Assembly (NCBI GenBank): GCA_951406725.2
Contig: OX597821.1
Location: 91,946,001-92,010,000 of the forward strand
Direction: 5' to 3'
Length of the DNA stretch: 64,000 bases
Source of the DNA: Octopus vulgaris
Taxonomy: Eukaryota
In this document: positions 37,575-51,254 of the stretch, piece after piece
Position numbering within the stretch: position 1 is the stretch's first letter
Layout of the letters: every line of letters begins with the position of its first letter
Notes under the pieces: model-generated
Databases searched by the model: none
The model's input: only the letters and a program-made list of their open reading frames with translations
Told to the model about the DNA's origin: nothing
Position numbers and translations under genes: made by a program

Positions 37575-37870
37575 ATATATACATATATAAGACGGGCTTC
37601 TTTCAGTTTCCATCTACCAAATCCACTCACAAGGCTTTGGTCAGCCCGAGGCTATAGTAGAAGACACTTGCCCAAGGTGCCACGCAGTGGAACTGAACCC
37701 GGAACCATGTGGTTTGTAAGCAAACTACTTACCACGCAGCCACTCCTACGTCATCATCGTCGTTTAGCGTCCGCTTTCCATGCTGGCATGGGTTGGACGG
37801 TGCAACTGGGGTCTGGGAAGCCAGAAGGCTGCACCAGGCCCAGTCTGATCTGGCAATGTTTCTATGGCTC
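37575..37870 (-). mobile_element. SINE B 5' half abutting a family D fragment
   Basis: B head 37575-37750; D 37751-37870. Confidence 0.8.
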
Positions 37871-38101
37871 AGAACAAATATATGGGTCAAAGAAAGAAAC
37901 AAATTCTTGTATGCATCTTCCTATGTGTAGTGTTATATAAAATCAGGTAATAGTGTTGGGGAGATTTTTTCTAAGTAAAGACACACCTCCAAATAGTACA
38001 AGCTACAAAGAAACAAAGGCAGTACTTCAGAGGTTTAGATATCAGATTTACCTTTATCCATTGTCTTCCTCTTCTTAATACTCCAATGGATGTTACTCAA
38101 T

Positions 38102-38495
38102 AGGCGTAAGAGTGGCTGTGTGGTAAGTAGCTTGCTAACCAACCACATGGTTCCGGGTTCAGTCCCACTGCATGGCGTCTTGGGCAAGTGGCCTTCTGCT
38201 ATAGCCCCGGGCCGACCGATGCCTTGTGAGTGGATTTGGTAGACGGAAACTGAAAGAAGCCTGTCGTATATATGTATGTATATGTATATATGTGTATGTG
38301 TGTGTGCGTTTGTCCCCCTAGCATTGCTTGACAACCGATGCTGGTGTGTTTACGTCCCCGTCACTTAGCGGTTCGGCAAAAGAGACCGATAGAATAAGTA
38401 CTGGGCTTACAAAAGAATAAGTCCCGGGGTCGATTTGCTCGACTAAAGGCGGTGCTCCAGCATGGCCGCAGTCAAATGACTGAAACAAGTAAAAG
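38102..38495 (+). mobile_element. SINE family B
   Basis: Full length. Confidence 0.9.
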
Positions 38496-39019
38496 ATTAA
38501 AAAAAAAAAAAGGAATAGAGAGCTCAGGATTTCAAGTCATCCACTGAAGGGTGTTGACTTAAAGTTGGCTAAAGTATATCTGAACTATTTTCAGGTTAAA
38601 TACAGTAGCTTTAGTTTCAATCCATGAGACTTAGCTCCATCTTAACCTTCCTCCACATAACATCTATCTTAACTTACAATTATCTCAACATCCGTGATAA
38701 AGGATTTAGAGAAAATTTACTTCTCTATACCTCTCTATCTGTAGATTCCAATCCAAATTTTCCTTCACTAATCTGTTTTTAATTGTCTCTCTGGGAAACA
38801 AATCTCCCCTTTATCCCTCAAACCCCGAAATTTCTTTCTGGGCTGCATCATATTTCAGCTTCTTTCATCTATGTGGTATCCGTGCTTGCATAAAAGCCAC
38901 TCTTTTAACCATTCAGTTTTCTCTCTTGGACATTAGCATAAATGATTTCTTCTGTCTATCTCCACTACTCTACAGCCCCCACCAACAACCACAGACTCCT
39001 ATTCAACTTTCATCCAGAA

Positions 39020-39133
39020 CTGAGGCATCTTATCATCATCATAATCCTCATCAGCATCACGAACATTATTGTCACTGATGTTGTCATCATCATCATCCTC
39101 ATCATCATCATCCTCATCATCATCATCATCATC

Positions 39134-39180
<47 letters not shown>

Positions 39181-39195
39181 TATCATCATCATTGT
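39020..39195. repeat. (CAT)n microsatellite
   Basis: Directly visible. Confidence 0.95.
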
Positions 39196-39687
39196 TTTGC
39201 ATTTGCTTCCCCTGCTGGCTTGCATTGGACAGGTTGTCACAGTTCAAGTCAGTCAGTTATTTGGAGTTACTGCTCAGAGAATCGTGTCTCATTTGCAAGT
39301 TCCTGTGTTTTGGGGATTTTTTTTACCATGTAATTATTGCAGCAGCAGCAGCAGTAGCAGCAGCAGAAACACTACTGCCATCACTGCCACTACACTTTGA
39401 TATTTCTTTCAACAGATTTCTACTCCGAATTATAAAACTAAAACCCATCCTCACAAAGGATAACATATGCAACCCTGCCAACTATCTGCATATTCAAATC
39501 ACTTCCATCATCTCAGGGGCAGTGAAATGACTTTAAACAAAACAGTTCAGTATCTTGGGTCCCTTTCTTCCTTGAAACAGGTTTACTAAGGATCTGCTTT
39601 TATAAGTTAAACATTAGTGGACTCTCACTCTGGAGAACTTTTGACTGAGAGAATTGTTGCCTTGACATCAGAAATTCCATCACACTG

Positions 39688-40044
39688 GGAAGCACTCCGT
39701 CGGTTACGACAATGAGGGTTCTGGTTGATCCGAATCAACGGAACAGCTTGCTCGTGAAATTAACGTGTAAGTGGCTGAGCACTCCACAGACACGTGTACC
39801 CTTAACGTAGTTCTCGGGGATATTCAGCGTGACACAGAGAGTGACAAGGCCGGCCCTTTGAAATACAGGTACAACAGAAACAGGAAGTAAGAGTAAGAGA
39901 AGGTTGTGGTGAAAGAGTACAGCAGGGATCACCACCATCCCTGCCGGAGCCTCATGGAGCTTTAGGTGTTTTCGCTCAATAAACACTCACAACGCCCGGT
40001 CTGGGAATCGAAACCGCGATCCTATGACCGCGAGTCCGCTGTCC
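39688..40044 (-). mobile_element. SINE family C, head slightly truncated
   Basis: Near-identical to 7635-8023 and 35342-35728. Confidence 0.9.
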
Positions 40045-40167
40045 TTTTTTTATCCTTGAATCAATTTATTAGTATCTCACTGGTTATCTCATCTTTATTC
40101 ACCAGCATACAAATCAACTAATGTCCTGTGTCCACTTTTCTTTCTATCACTGTCACAATCATAGTAA

Positions 40168-40856
40168 ATTCTTTACTCTTTTACTTGTTTCAGGCATTTG
40201 ACTGTGGCCATGCTGGAGCACTGCCTTTAGTCGAGCAAATCAACCCCAGGACTTATTCTTTGTAAGCCTAGTACTTATTCTATCGGTCTCTTTTGCCGAA
40301 CTGCTAAGTTACAGGGATGTAAACACACCAGCGTCGGTTGTCAAGTGATGTTGGGGGGGACAAACACAGACACACAAACATATACACACATACACATATA
40401 TATATATACATATATATTTCTTTATTGCCCACAAGGGGCTAAACATAGAGGGGACAAACAATGACAGACAAAGGGATTAAGTCGATTACATTGACCACAG
40501 TGCGCAACTGGTACTTTATTTATCGACCCCGAAAGGATGAAAGGCAAAGTCGACCTCGGCGGAATTTGAACTCACAATGTAACGAGACGAAATATGGCTA
40601 CGCATTTTGCCCGGCTTGCTAACATTTCTGCCAGCTCACCGCTGGTAGATGGAAACTGAAAGAAGCCTGTCGGATATATATACATATATACGATGGGCTT
40701 CTTTCAGTTTCCATCTACCAAATCCACTCACAAGACTTTGTTCGGCCCGAGGCTATAGTAGAAGACACTTGCGCAAGGTGCCATGCAATGGGACTGAACC
40801 CGGAATCATGTGGTTTGTAATCAAGCTACTTACCATGCAGCCACTTCTGCACCTAT
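40168..40856 (-). mobile_element. SINE family B with SINE A (40392-40642) nested in its internal microsatellite
   Basis: B tail, then A, then a 30-bp inverted copy of B sequence, then B head. Confidence 0.85.
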
Positions 40857-41367
40857 GTAACATTACAGCAAAACCTGCTGAAGACCACCTTCTTCTTTAA
40901 CTTCATTATCTTTATTGTGTTTCACCCACATAACTTCATAATGAACACTTCATCCAATATTTTTTTGCAGATCAGTAGCTAAACAATGCAAACTCACCAA
41001 CTTTTGTGATCGTTACTGGCATCAAATAACAGAGATGAATGTTTTGAAATTAGATTACATCAATCTGATCTATCAGAAAAGGTTTGTGAAAGTCAAAAGT
41101 GCAACCCTTCTTCCTTGTGCTGCATAATCATAAAACAAGAAGCTACAAGAGCCGCAATAAGAGCATTATTTCTCTTCTGTTTTTATGATGTCAGATGAAT
41201 AGGAAATAAACCTGTCCTTAGATATAGCACTGGTCTATCGCATGTAATATTCCATAAATATCTGTTAAATATTCCTGATATCTCACACAAGTAAAACATT
41301 TTGAATGAAGTGTCCAGCTCAAATGGCTGAGGAAACACTTTTCAGAAAATACCAACTCGATATCTGT

Positions 41368-41786
41368 TACTCTCTTTTACTCTTTTACTTGTTTCAGTCA
41401 TTTGACTGCGGCCATGCTGGAGCACTGCTTTTAATCGAGCAACTCAACCCCGGGTCTTATTCTTTTTTTGTAAGCCCAGTACTTATTCTATCAGTCTCTT
41501 TTGTCGAACCGCTAAGTAACGGGTACATAAACACACCAGCATCGGTTGTCAAGCAATGCTAGGGGGACAAACACAGACACACAAACACACACACGCATAT
41601 ATATATATATATACATATATACGACGGGCTTCTTTCAGTTTCCGTCTACCAAATCCACTCACAAGGCTTTGGTCGGCCCGAGGCTATAGTAGAAGACACT
41701 CGCCCAAGGTGCCACACAGTGAGACTGAACCCGGAGCTATGTAGTTGGTAAACAAGCTACTTACCACACAGCCACTCCTGCGCCTA
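41368..41786 (-). mobile_element. SINE family B
   Basis: Full length. Confidence 0.9.
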
Positions 41787-42339
41787 TTAGCTGGTAATCC
41801 AATGCATCAATCATCTACCTAAGCCGTTTTGCAGTACGTCTGTCCACAAACAAGCTGTAAGTGTAATGATAGAGAAATTCCATCACTGACTTTCTTGCCC
41901 TACAACAAAGAGGTATTGGTTTCATACAAAAACAGCGAAGAAAAAATATTTTCATTGTTTTCTTTTTTCAGTTTAGATGAGGCTGTGTTGAAAATTATTG
42001 AAATTATGATAAATGATGATTTACGCAGAATTAAGTACATGCATGATGGTATCACTAAGTTTGCCTCTTCCATGGTTGCAGCAGATGTATGAATGTATGT
42101 ATATGGTTGTATATATGTGGTTGTATGTATATGGCTTATATGTATATGGTTGTATGTAAATGCGTTCATGTTTATATCTATGTGTGTGTTTCTACACATA
42201 CACACTTATATACTGCGAAATAATGGATCATGACAAATGAGAAATAAGCCAAATATACATCATTAAAACTTTCACATTAAACAGACCGTGTAATCTTTTA
42301 GTAAGAGACTATTTTTCATTACGACAGGTAAAGACACAC

Positions 42340-42780
42340 ACGTGTATACATACATACACACATACATACAAACATACATACACACATACATACATACATA
42401 CATACATACAAACATACATACATACATACATACACACATACACACATACACACATATGTGCATACATACATACATACAAACACACATACACACATATGTG
42501 CATACGTACATACACACATACATACATACACACATACATACATACTCACATACATACATACATACAAACATACATACATACACACATACATACATACATG
42601 CACACACACACATATATACATACATACACACATACATACATACAAACATACACACATACATACATACATACATACATACATACATACATACATACATACA
42701 TACACACATATGTGCATACGTACATACATACATACATACATAGATACATAAATGCATACACACACATACATACATACACA
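42340..42780. repeat. Degenerate (CATA)/(CACA)n microsatellite
   Basis: Directly visible. Confidence 0.95.
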
Positions 42781-43276
42781 CTTATGTTGATATGGAAAAT
42801 AGTCTTCATAAATATGTATTTATGCATATATATATATATATCCACATCATCATCACTGATATCAAAAACATCATTCTTACGAGGTATTTATTTGTTTTAC
42901 TCATACACAAACAGCTAGGCTCACACACATACATTATCCAAGCATGTATACCTACATAAACACATGCATGGATGTAAATATCTACTACATGCACAGACGC
43001 CTACACATACATACATGTACACGCATGTATGTAAGTACATTATACTCCCAGTACATGGCTATTAAATGATTTATATTTCTAACAATGTTAAAAGTAGCAT
43101 TTATATTTTCCCCATGAATTTCCTGTCTCTTTATTGCTGACAGTTCTCAGATACGCAGAAATTTGATAAAATAACATATATCAGAACAAGAAACCAGAAA
43201 GAACGGCTCTCTGTTATTGCTGCAAGTTCACAGTAGTATAGTAGTAATGATGTTGACTTCATTATCCAATGCTTGT

Positions 43277-43309
43277 GAAGATGATGATGACGATGATGAT
43301 GATGATGAT

Positions 43310-43397
<88 letters not shown>

Positions 43398-43580
43398 GTG
43401 ATGATGATGATGATGATGATTGTGATGATGATTGTGATGATGATTGTGATGATGATGGTGATGATGATGATGGTGATGATGACGATGATGATGATGATGA
43501 TGATGATGACGATGATGATAGTGGTGGTGGCGGTGGTGGTGATGGCGGCGGCGGCGACGGCATTGGTGGTGGTGATGATT
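43277..43580. repeat. (GAT)n/(GGT)n microsatellite
   Basis: Directly visible. Confidence 0.95.
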
Positions 43581-44244
43581 TTTCATTTTTTTTTTCTGCT
43601 ATACATGTATTTGTGAACTAAATCTTCATCAGGTGAGTGGGTCTCAAAAAGAAACTTAGTAGAACATGAGAAGTTGTTTAGAGCCCAATGGTAGTGACGG
43701 TGGTGGTGACAGTGGTGGTGGTGGTGCTGCTGATGCTGGTGCTGCTGATGCTGGTGCTGTTTGCTGATGGTTACCAAGTGACAAATAATTTTTTTTTTTT
43801 GCCATTTCTAGCAAATTGATACACAACATTCTGACGACTAAATTCAGGTATCTTCTATCATCCAGCATCTAAATTGTTAATGTTGAGTTTCTTTATTGTT
43901 GCTACTGGTGTTGTTCTTGTTTTCACCATTATTATTGTAATAGCCTTTATCGCGTCATTGCTGCGGCTACTGTCATTGATATTACTATTTTTATTGCAGT
44001 TGTTGCTGCTGTTGTTGTTATTGTTTAATCCTTGATCAACCCTGATTAAGCCGCAGATCTATGACCAAAAACGTTATAGCCTTGGCCAGTTTGTCTTCTG
44101 AGAAGTCCTCTACTTATTTAAAACAGTAGAGGGACACTTGAGTGAGTATCACCAGCTACTTTGAGCAAGCTATATGATCATATAGAAGACTTACAACCTG
44201 GTCATGAGATATGGAGTGTATGCATGCAGATATGATGAGAAACA

Positions 44245-44560
44245 GCAACATCATTCAGTAGTCGGATGTAGAGGGTTTGTTGGACACAATGTGAGACGAC
44301 TGTTGTTATCACTAGGCCTAACTCATTGTAAAGTCAATACCACCATGACTGATATCCAATCTACAGTGGAGAAGGCTAGCCACTGGATTTGGTTAAAAAG
44401 AGACGATGAATGATGGATAGAAGTATATTGAGTTCTTCATAACCAGCTGATCTAGCAAGCGGGGCCTCATATCAGTGAGGGGGGCCGGTGCGCATTGATG
44501 CCGTCGAGAGGTAGACCCCGAAACAGCGCGCATTCTCTCCTGATGACCCCATACACTTGC
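44245..44560 (+). mobile_element. 3' end of a HERO-like RLE non-LTR retrotransposon
   Basis: VVGCRGFVGHNVRRLLLSLGL..VEKASHWIWLKRDDE matches the EVGCRGF...AE.AS.W.W..R C-terminus; GC-rich 3' UTR follows. Confidence 0.65.
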
Positions 44561-44839
44561 TAGCTTCCGGTATATGGAGCTTTTAACTGGTAGCACTTGC
44601 ATGTGCAAGTTGTTTGCAAGACATCAGCAACGTTTTTCCCTGTACAGCAGATAGAGTGAGCTCATATGTAAAACAGAGTTCAAGAAAGCTGGCAGTAGTC
44701 TGGCACAGTAAATTTACACAGGTTTATGTTGTGGAGGGCATGAGTTTGGATAATCATTGCATACACTAAAAGAGAGGAATTTGGTATTTTGGGACTGATG
44801 TTTTTGCTTGAGTGAGAAGAAAAGAAAAATGTTTATATT

Positions 44840-45268
44840 AGGCGCAGGAGTGGCTGTGTGGTAAGCAGCTTGCTTACCAACCACATGGTTCTGGGTTCAG
44901 TCCCACTGCGTGGCATCTTCGGCAAGTGTCTTCTGCTATAGCCTCAGGCCGACCAATGCCTTGTGAGTGGATTTGGTAGACGGAAACTGAAAGAAGCCTG
45001 TCGTATATATGTACATATGTATATATATATATGTATGTGTGTGTGTATGTTTGCGTGTCTGTGTTTGTTCCCCTAGCATTGCTTGACAACCGATGCTGGT
45101 GTGTTTACGTCCCCGTCACTTAGCGGTTCGGCAAAACAGACCGATAGAATAAGTACTAGGCTTACAAAGAATAAGTCCCAGGGTCGATTTGCTCGACTAA
45201 AGGCGGTGCTCCAGCATGGCCGCAGTCAAATGACTGAAACAAGTAAAAGAGTAAAAGAGAGTAAAGAG
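44840..45268 (+). mobile_element. SINE family B
   Basis: Full length. Confidence 0.9.
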
Positions 45269-45556
45269 TATAATGGGAAGCCATTGTTGGCCAAGATGCT
45301 GGTAGGGCATCTGGTGTCTCCTATTACAAATTTAAATCCAGTCAAATGAAGTATCAAGTCGAAGACAAAGTGAGACAACAATTCTGAATAGCATTTATTT
45401 ACAGGCTCAGAGTTTGGCTCTCGTTAACCATCTCTAGCGTAGTATATTGTCTGCTGTGTAGTATGTGTGAGGCAGCGAGTTGCTGCTAGAGAGACGAGCT
45501 GCTTCTAGTGCAAAGAGAGTGGGAAAAGAGAGTGAACAAGCTCAAGATCTGTCTTA

Positions 45557-46200
45557 TACTCTCTATTCTTTGCTTGTTTCAGTCATTTGACTGTGGCCAT
45601 GCTGGAGCACTGCCTTTAGTTGAGCAAATCGACCCCAGGACTTATTCTTTGTAAGCCCAGTATTTATTTTATCGGTCTCTTTTGCCAAACTACTAAGTGG
45701 CAGGGACATAAACACACCGGCATCGGTTGTCAAGCTATGCTAGGGGGACAAACACACACACTAACATACACACACACATATTTCTACATATATACGACAG
45801 GCTTCTTTGAGTTTCCGTCTACCAAATTCCCTCACAAGGCTTTGGTTGGCCCGAGGCTATAGTAGAAACATTGACGGCTGCGAGCTGGCAGAAACGTTAG
45901 CACGCCGGGCGAAATGCGTAGCCGTATTTCGTCTGCCGTTACGGTCTGAGTTCAAATTCCGTCGAGGTCGACTTTGCCTTTCATCCTTTCAGGGTCGATA
46001 AATTAAGTACCAGTTACGCACTGGGGTCGATGTAATCGATTTAATCCGTTTGTCAGTCCTTGTTTGTCCCCTCTGTATTTAGCCCCTTGTGGGTAGTAAA
46101 GTAATATATAGTAGAAACACTTGCCCAAGATGCCACACAGTGGGACTGAACTTGGAACCATGTGGTTCGTAAGCAAGCTACTTACCACACAGCCACTCAT
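45557..46200 (-). mobile_element. SINE family B with a nested plus-strand SINE A (45875-46102)
   Basis: 13-bp TSD TATAGTAGAAACA at 45858-45870 and 46107-46119. Confidence 0.9.
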
Positions 46201-46699
46201 TCCGGAAAGGCTTACTGTCTTGTTGCGCATGCCCACCAGAAGTTTGTGAGATCTCACTCCACTTACGAGCGGCTAAGGGCTGCCAGCAAGTTCCCAATAT
46301 AGCACATCTGTACAGCACTACAATATATACACAGTACCCAGCACGACCACAGCATTAGGGCTGAAATATATAAAACAATAAAGAATACCACAGCCCACTA
46401 CTTTTTATAGCAGGGATATGAAAAAGGATAGACTGTGGTAAGTGGGCGTTTTATAAAGCATTTAAATTGTTGCAATCTCTCTCAGGCAATGCAGAAGTTT
46501 TCAAAATTTCGGCTTCAGCTGCACCTGTCACAAGAGGCTTTTTTTTTCTTTGAATCAAAATCTTATTCACCCGCAGTTAACTTTGGTCAAGATAGCTATT
46601 ATCAAAAGTCTAAAACCATTCAGTGTTTTTGTATTCCATTAAATGAATGATCCATTGGATCATCTTTGAATCAAACTAAGTTATTAGCTGAATAGATTG

Positions 46700-47990
46700 T
46701 GCATAAGTTTGTATGACAGAAGAAGAGGAAGCTGTTGTTTTTTAGTTAAAGCAGAAGAAATACTCACTCTATTTTTTTTTTTTTTTTTGGTGGGGGTGCT
46801 GATTTGGTGCTCTGAGTTGAAATATATTTAGCACCTTTGATGTTTTTATCCTATTGTCTATTAATTTCAAGGAATAGTTTTGCAGTTTTAGAAAATGTCT
46901 CAGCTCTTCCAATCTCATTTAATCTAGTTCTGAGTTAAACACTATTGTGCATATGTATCTTGCCATGCACTAGAGATATATCATTTAATGTATGATGGAT
47001 GACATGAAAAAATATTTTAAATTGTGTCAACCTAGCACATTTTTTGTGATTCCAGCATCACATAATTTTATGAGTCTGTTGAAGAATGGTAGTTCTTTAC
47101 AGCTAGCTTCCATTGAGAATTTAATTGTTAGAGGGAGGTTAGATGTTATGAAACATATAATTCCTCTTCTGATCTATTTAAAAGAAATGATGATGATGAT
47201 GATGATGACGACGACGACGATGACGACGATCCTCCTCCTCATGATCATCATGAAATAGCCATTGAGAAATGTTACCTAAAATAGCTTCTATTCTAGGAAT
47301 GCCATTACTAGGTTTCCATTAGAGGGTACTACTTTTGTACCCATAGCTGTTCCTTTAATCTATCTGCAAATCATTTCACCAAAGTCAAAAGTATTTCTTT
47401 CCATAAGTACTTGTAAAGGTTTGATTATGAACTCTGTTTGGGGGTGCCTATATTTATGATGCCTCTCTACACAGTATCAGACTGCTGTTACGCATTATGC
47501 TTCTGGTGTACTGGTATGCAGCTTGCTTACATCAAAGCTGAAGATGTTGCTCTTTGGGATTGTTAATGAAATGTATTTCAGGAAATCCATGTCGACTTGT
47601 ATGTAAACTTGGGATTTTAGGGCTTCGATATTTAAGATGTAAGTCTATAAAGGGACACCAGTATTGTTTTGAAGATTGCATTACTGCCACAATTGGTCTT
47701 ATTTAGAAATTAGCTGATCTCAATGTTTCTCTGTAATTATTACTTTATTCATTTATAGCTCTCTGTATTTTTGAGCTTTTATGAATATTTCAATAATCTG
47801 TAGAAGTAGCTTCCCTTAATTTTACAGTTGCATAGGTTAATCAATTTCTTTGTCCATGAAGAATTATGAGTATTGATCAATTCGTGGTTTGATTTTGTTT
47901 ATGGTTGTTCAATCTAGATTTCCTGGGAATTTATTACAAGGGATTTCATTCAAATACAAAATTTCATCAGTTTTCTTACCAATGTTTTCA
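46700..47990 (-). mobile_element. Heavily decayed Penelope-like reverse transcriptase (second PLE type)
   Basis: Minus-strand motifs in order: YFY..IHKSSKIQRAI, RPIVA, FSFDVSKLHT, IKGTAMGTKVVPSNGNLVMAFLE, IKFSMEASCKELPFF, SCHP, MARYICTIV. The YxDD region is replaced by (ATG)n at ~47188-47255. Confidence 0.75.
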
Positions 47991-48046
47991 CTTTTCGCCA
48001 ATATACATCCTCAAATGATACATGCATAGACCACACACACACACAC

Positions 48047-48248
48047 AGAGGGGGTGCTGAAAAGTTCCTGGCTTTAAGGTTATTACGAAAGGCCTGATTG
48101 GAGGTCCAACCTTCAGGGTTCTTTTATAGGGCTTAAAAAACTGAAGGACTGCTGCAATAAGTGTGTGAATATCAGAGGGGGAGTATGTTAAATAAAATCA
48201 TAATTAGCTGATCCTCCTATATTTTCTTCTGCCCAAAGCCAAGAACTT
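48047..48248 (+). mobile_element. Mariner-derived MITE
   Basis: GAGGGGGTGCTGAAAAGTTCCTGGCTTT ... AAAGCCAAGAACTT. Confidence 0.75.
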
Positions 48249-48794
48249 CATAAGTGTGTGCATGCATGTATGTATGTGTGTGTGTCTGTGTTTGTGTGCA
48301 TGCGAGGCTTTTGCAGTTTTTGTCTACCAAATTCCAGTCATGAGGCTACAGTGGAAGACGCTTACCCAAGGTACTTCTTGATGGGATTAAAAGCAGAAGC
48401 ATGCAGCATGCTGCTCCAAGCAGGAACTATGAACCATACGGCTGTGCCTCTCCGCTTTTGAGCAATGATCCATTTTGAAGGCAAAAGGGTAATTTTTAAA
48501 GGTAGATTTTGCTGCTAGGTAAAACAGGATCATCAAGTACATTTGTCTATTCTCTTATCAGCTTGTACTGATGCTGTTTTAATTTATGCATTTGTAGTGT
48601 GAATGTGTGTCCTTGACATTGTTATTCATATATTTAAAGCAAAACATTGTCGTTACTAAAGGCCACATTTCTCATTAGTACTCTATTAGCAATGAACCAA
48701 CTTTTTGATTCTGTTTGGTTATTCCAGTTAGCTAGACTAACTTTATTTCCATAACAAATACCTGCAGAAATCATGTAAGAAATTGATAATTTTA

Positions 48795-48832
<38 letters not shown>

Positions 48833-49331
48833 GCTGTTGTTTAGTATCAAGAACATACAAGCCTTACACAAACAGTGATGCTGTGTTTATATACCTAGTC
48901 AATATATATGCCAGCTTGGATAACAAAAAAAAAAAGAAAAAAAAAGAAAAAGAAAAAGAAAAGAAACAAAGTCAACAATAAAAGAAAAAAACAACAAAAA
49001 TGATTTGTTTGTTTCTATGAAATTTTATTTCATTTTATTTGTAACTTTGATTTTTCTGAATCAGACAATTTCAAATTTTATTTGATAAATTGGAATTAAA
49101 AAAAAAAAAATTACAGAGCAATGATGCTGTGGCAGAAACTGTAAGGGGTGAAACAGAAGTAAAAGAAGGCAGAAAAAATAAAAAAGATACTTTAGGAAGG
49201 AAGAAAGGAAATGGTGAGAGTGGATGTCATTTTCCTGTATTTTTTTAGAATTTTCATTATATTTTTTTTACAAATTATTCTTTCTATTTATTTTCCATTT
49301 CTTTTCATTTAATTATTTCTAGCCTAGTTTC

Positions 49332-49419
<88 letters not shown>

Positions 49420-50255
49420 TGTTATTATTATCATTGTTCCCATTAACATTATTGATATTATTAGTGTTACTATTATTTCAATTATTATTTCTTTTTTACT
49501 ATTGTCATTGTTATTGATATTATAAAGAAATTATTATTGTTATTGCTGTTGTTTTTGTTGTTGTTGTTGTTACTTCAATTATTTGTTGCTGTTTATTTTC
49601 CCACCTCTTCTCTCTTCTGGTGCATAAAAGATTTACTGTGGACATTTGTTAGCAGTTAATTAAAAGGTTAATAAGGGGTGATAAATAATGCATAGATTTA
49701 GCAGTGACTGGGTTTTCCAAAGAAGGTGATGGTGTGAGGGCGTAAAAAATTAAGAAAAGAAAGAGAAGGCTGAGAGAAAGAAAGGGTAATAATACAACTG
49801 AAAAACAAACAATCATTCAAATCATCATCATCATCATCATCATTATCATGATTATCATCAAGATCACTATTTTAATGCGGGTTTTATTTTTTATTTATTT
49901 ATTCACCATGAAATAAAACAAATAAACTAAAATCAGTCTTTCCACTACCAAGTCCTCCTTGAACTCTTGCTTAACCTCCAAACCCAACTCAAACCTTACC
50001 CCAATTGTAATCCGCTAATTTTAGTTTCGAAATCTAAAGTTTATAAATATTTTTTTTTTCTCATCTTTCTTTTACTGAATAACTAAGGAAAACAAAATAA
50101 ATAAATAAATAAAAAAGAACTCAATGATGAAATAAAAACAAACTAAATAAGGAAGCAATATATAGAATATAACAACAACAAAAAAACAGCATTAACTTTG
50201 CAATTAAAACAATTGAAGTTGATTAAGCAAAAATTATTATCATTATTAATAGAAA

Positions 50256-50312
<57 letters not shown>

Positions 50313-50622
50313 GCACTTTTAAAGGTGATGAATGGCAAAGTTGTTTAGAGTACAGAAGAAAATTCCTTGTGGTATTTATTTACATGCCTTTTTTGTTTTG
50401 AGTTCAAATCCTGCCAATTATTCCTCAGAGTTAGGTAAAATAAATACCAGTTCATTACTGGGGTTGATTTAATTGACTATTCTGTTCCTTCAAAATATTT
50501 GGTCTTTTGTAAATGGTACAAATCCTTGTTAAAATTTTTTGAATGTACCAATATGAACTCTTTGAGCCCCACAGGAATGGAGGCAGTTGGCACAATTCCA
50601 AAGAAATGTGAGGCAATGGCAG

Positions 50623-51254
50623 GAGCAAAGAGAAATATTCTTTTCTACTCTAGGCACAAGGCCTGAAATTTTGGGGGCGGGGGAGGCCTGTTGTTTAGAT
50701 CGACCCCAGTACGCAACTAGTACTTAATTTATTGACCCCGAAAGAATGAAAGGCAAAGTTGACATCAGCGGAATTTGAACTCAGAACATAAAGACAGACA
50801 AAATACGGCTAAGCATTTTGCCCCATGTGCTAACGATTCTGTCAGCTTGCCACCTTGAGCAAAGAGAAACATTTTCCTACTCTAGGCACAAGGCCTGAAA
50901 TTTTGGGGGGCGGGGGAGGCCAGTTGATTAGATCGACCTCAGTACGCAACTGGTACTTAATTTATTGACCCCGAAAGAATGAAAGGCAAAGTTGACCTCG
51001 GCGAAATTTGAACTCAGAACATAAAGACAGACAAAATACGGCTAAGCATTTTGCCCCATGTGCTAACGATTCTGTCAGCTTGCCACCTTGAGCAAAGAGA
51101 AATATTTTCCTACTCGAGGTACAAGGCCTGAAATTTTGGGGGGCGGGGGAGGCCAGTTGATTAGATCGACCTCAGTACGCAACTGGTACTTAATTTATTG
51201 ACTCTGTAAGAATTAAATACAAAGTCGACGTTGGCAAAATTTGAACTCAGAACA
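50623..51254 (-). mobile_element. Local tandem triplication of SINE A (tail type 2)
   Basis: ~233-bp units each starting GAGCAAAGAGAAA (50623, 50857, 51090); shared private variants. Confidence 0.85.

Larger units (their letters stand above)
38670..41030 (+). mobile_element. Ancient CR1/L2/Jockey-group LINE ORF2 remnant, interrupted by (CAT)n and SINEs
   Basis: Scattered motifs in the expected order: YLNIR (~38680), WETN (~38790), PILTKDNICNPANYLHIQITSII (~39445), IVALDI (~39653), VLCPLFF (~40122), AEDH (ADDT-like, ~40877). Confidence 0.45.

Noticed and set aside
41829-42092. 87-aa ORF in unique sequence
   Set aside because: No ATG start, no recognisable domain or splice support; length compatible with chance.
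42272-42918. Long YIHT/MYVC ORFs (also 15430-15898, 24079-24547, 19023-19283)
   Set aside because: Translations of di- and tetranucleotide repeats.
43131-43621. Poly-His/Asp/Ser/Met ORFs (also 38942-39530, 62134-62924)
   Set aside because: They are simply (GAT)n/(CAT)n or other trinucleotide microsatellites open in several frames; no splice or domain context.
44485-44552. Hammerhead in the HERO-like 3' UTR
   Set aside because: CCGAAAC and CTGATGA are present, but I could not build three consistent stems.
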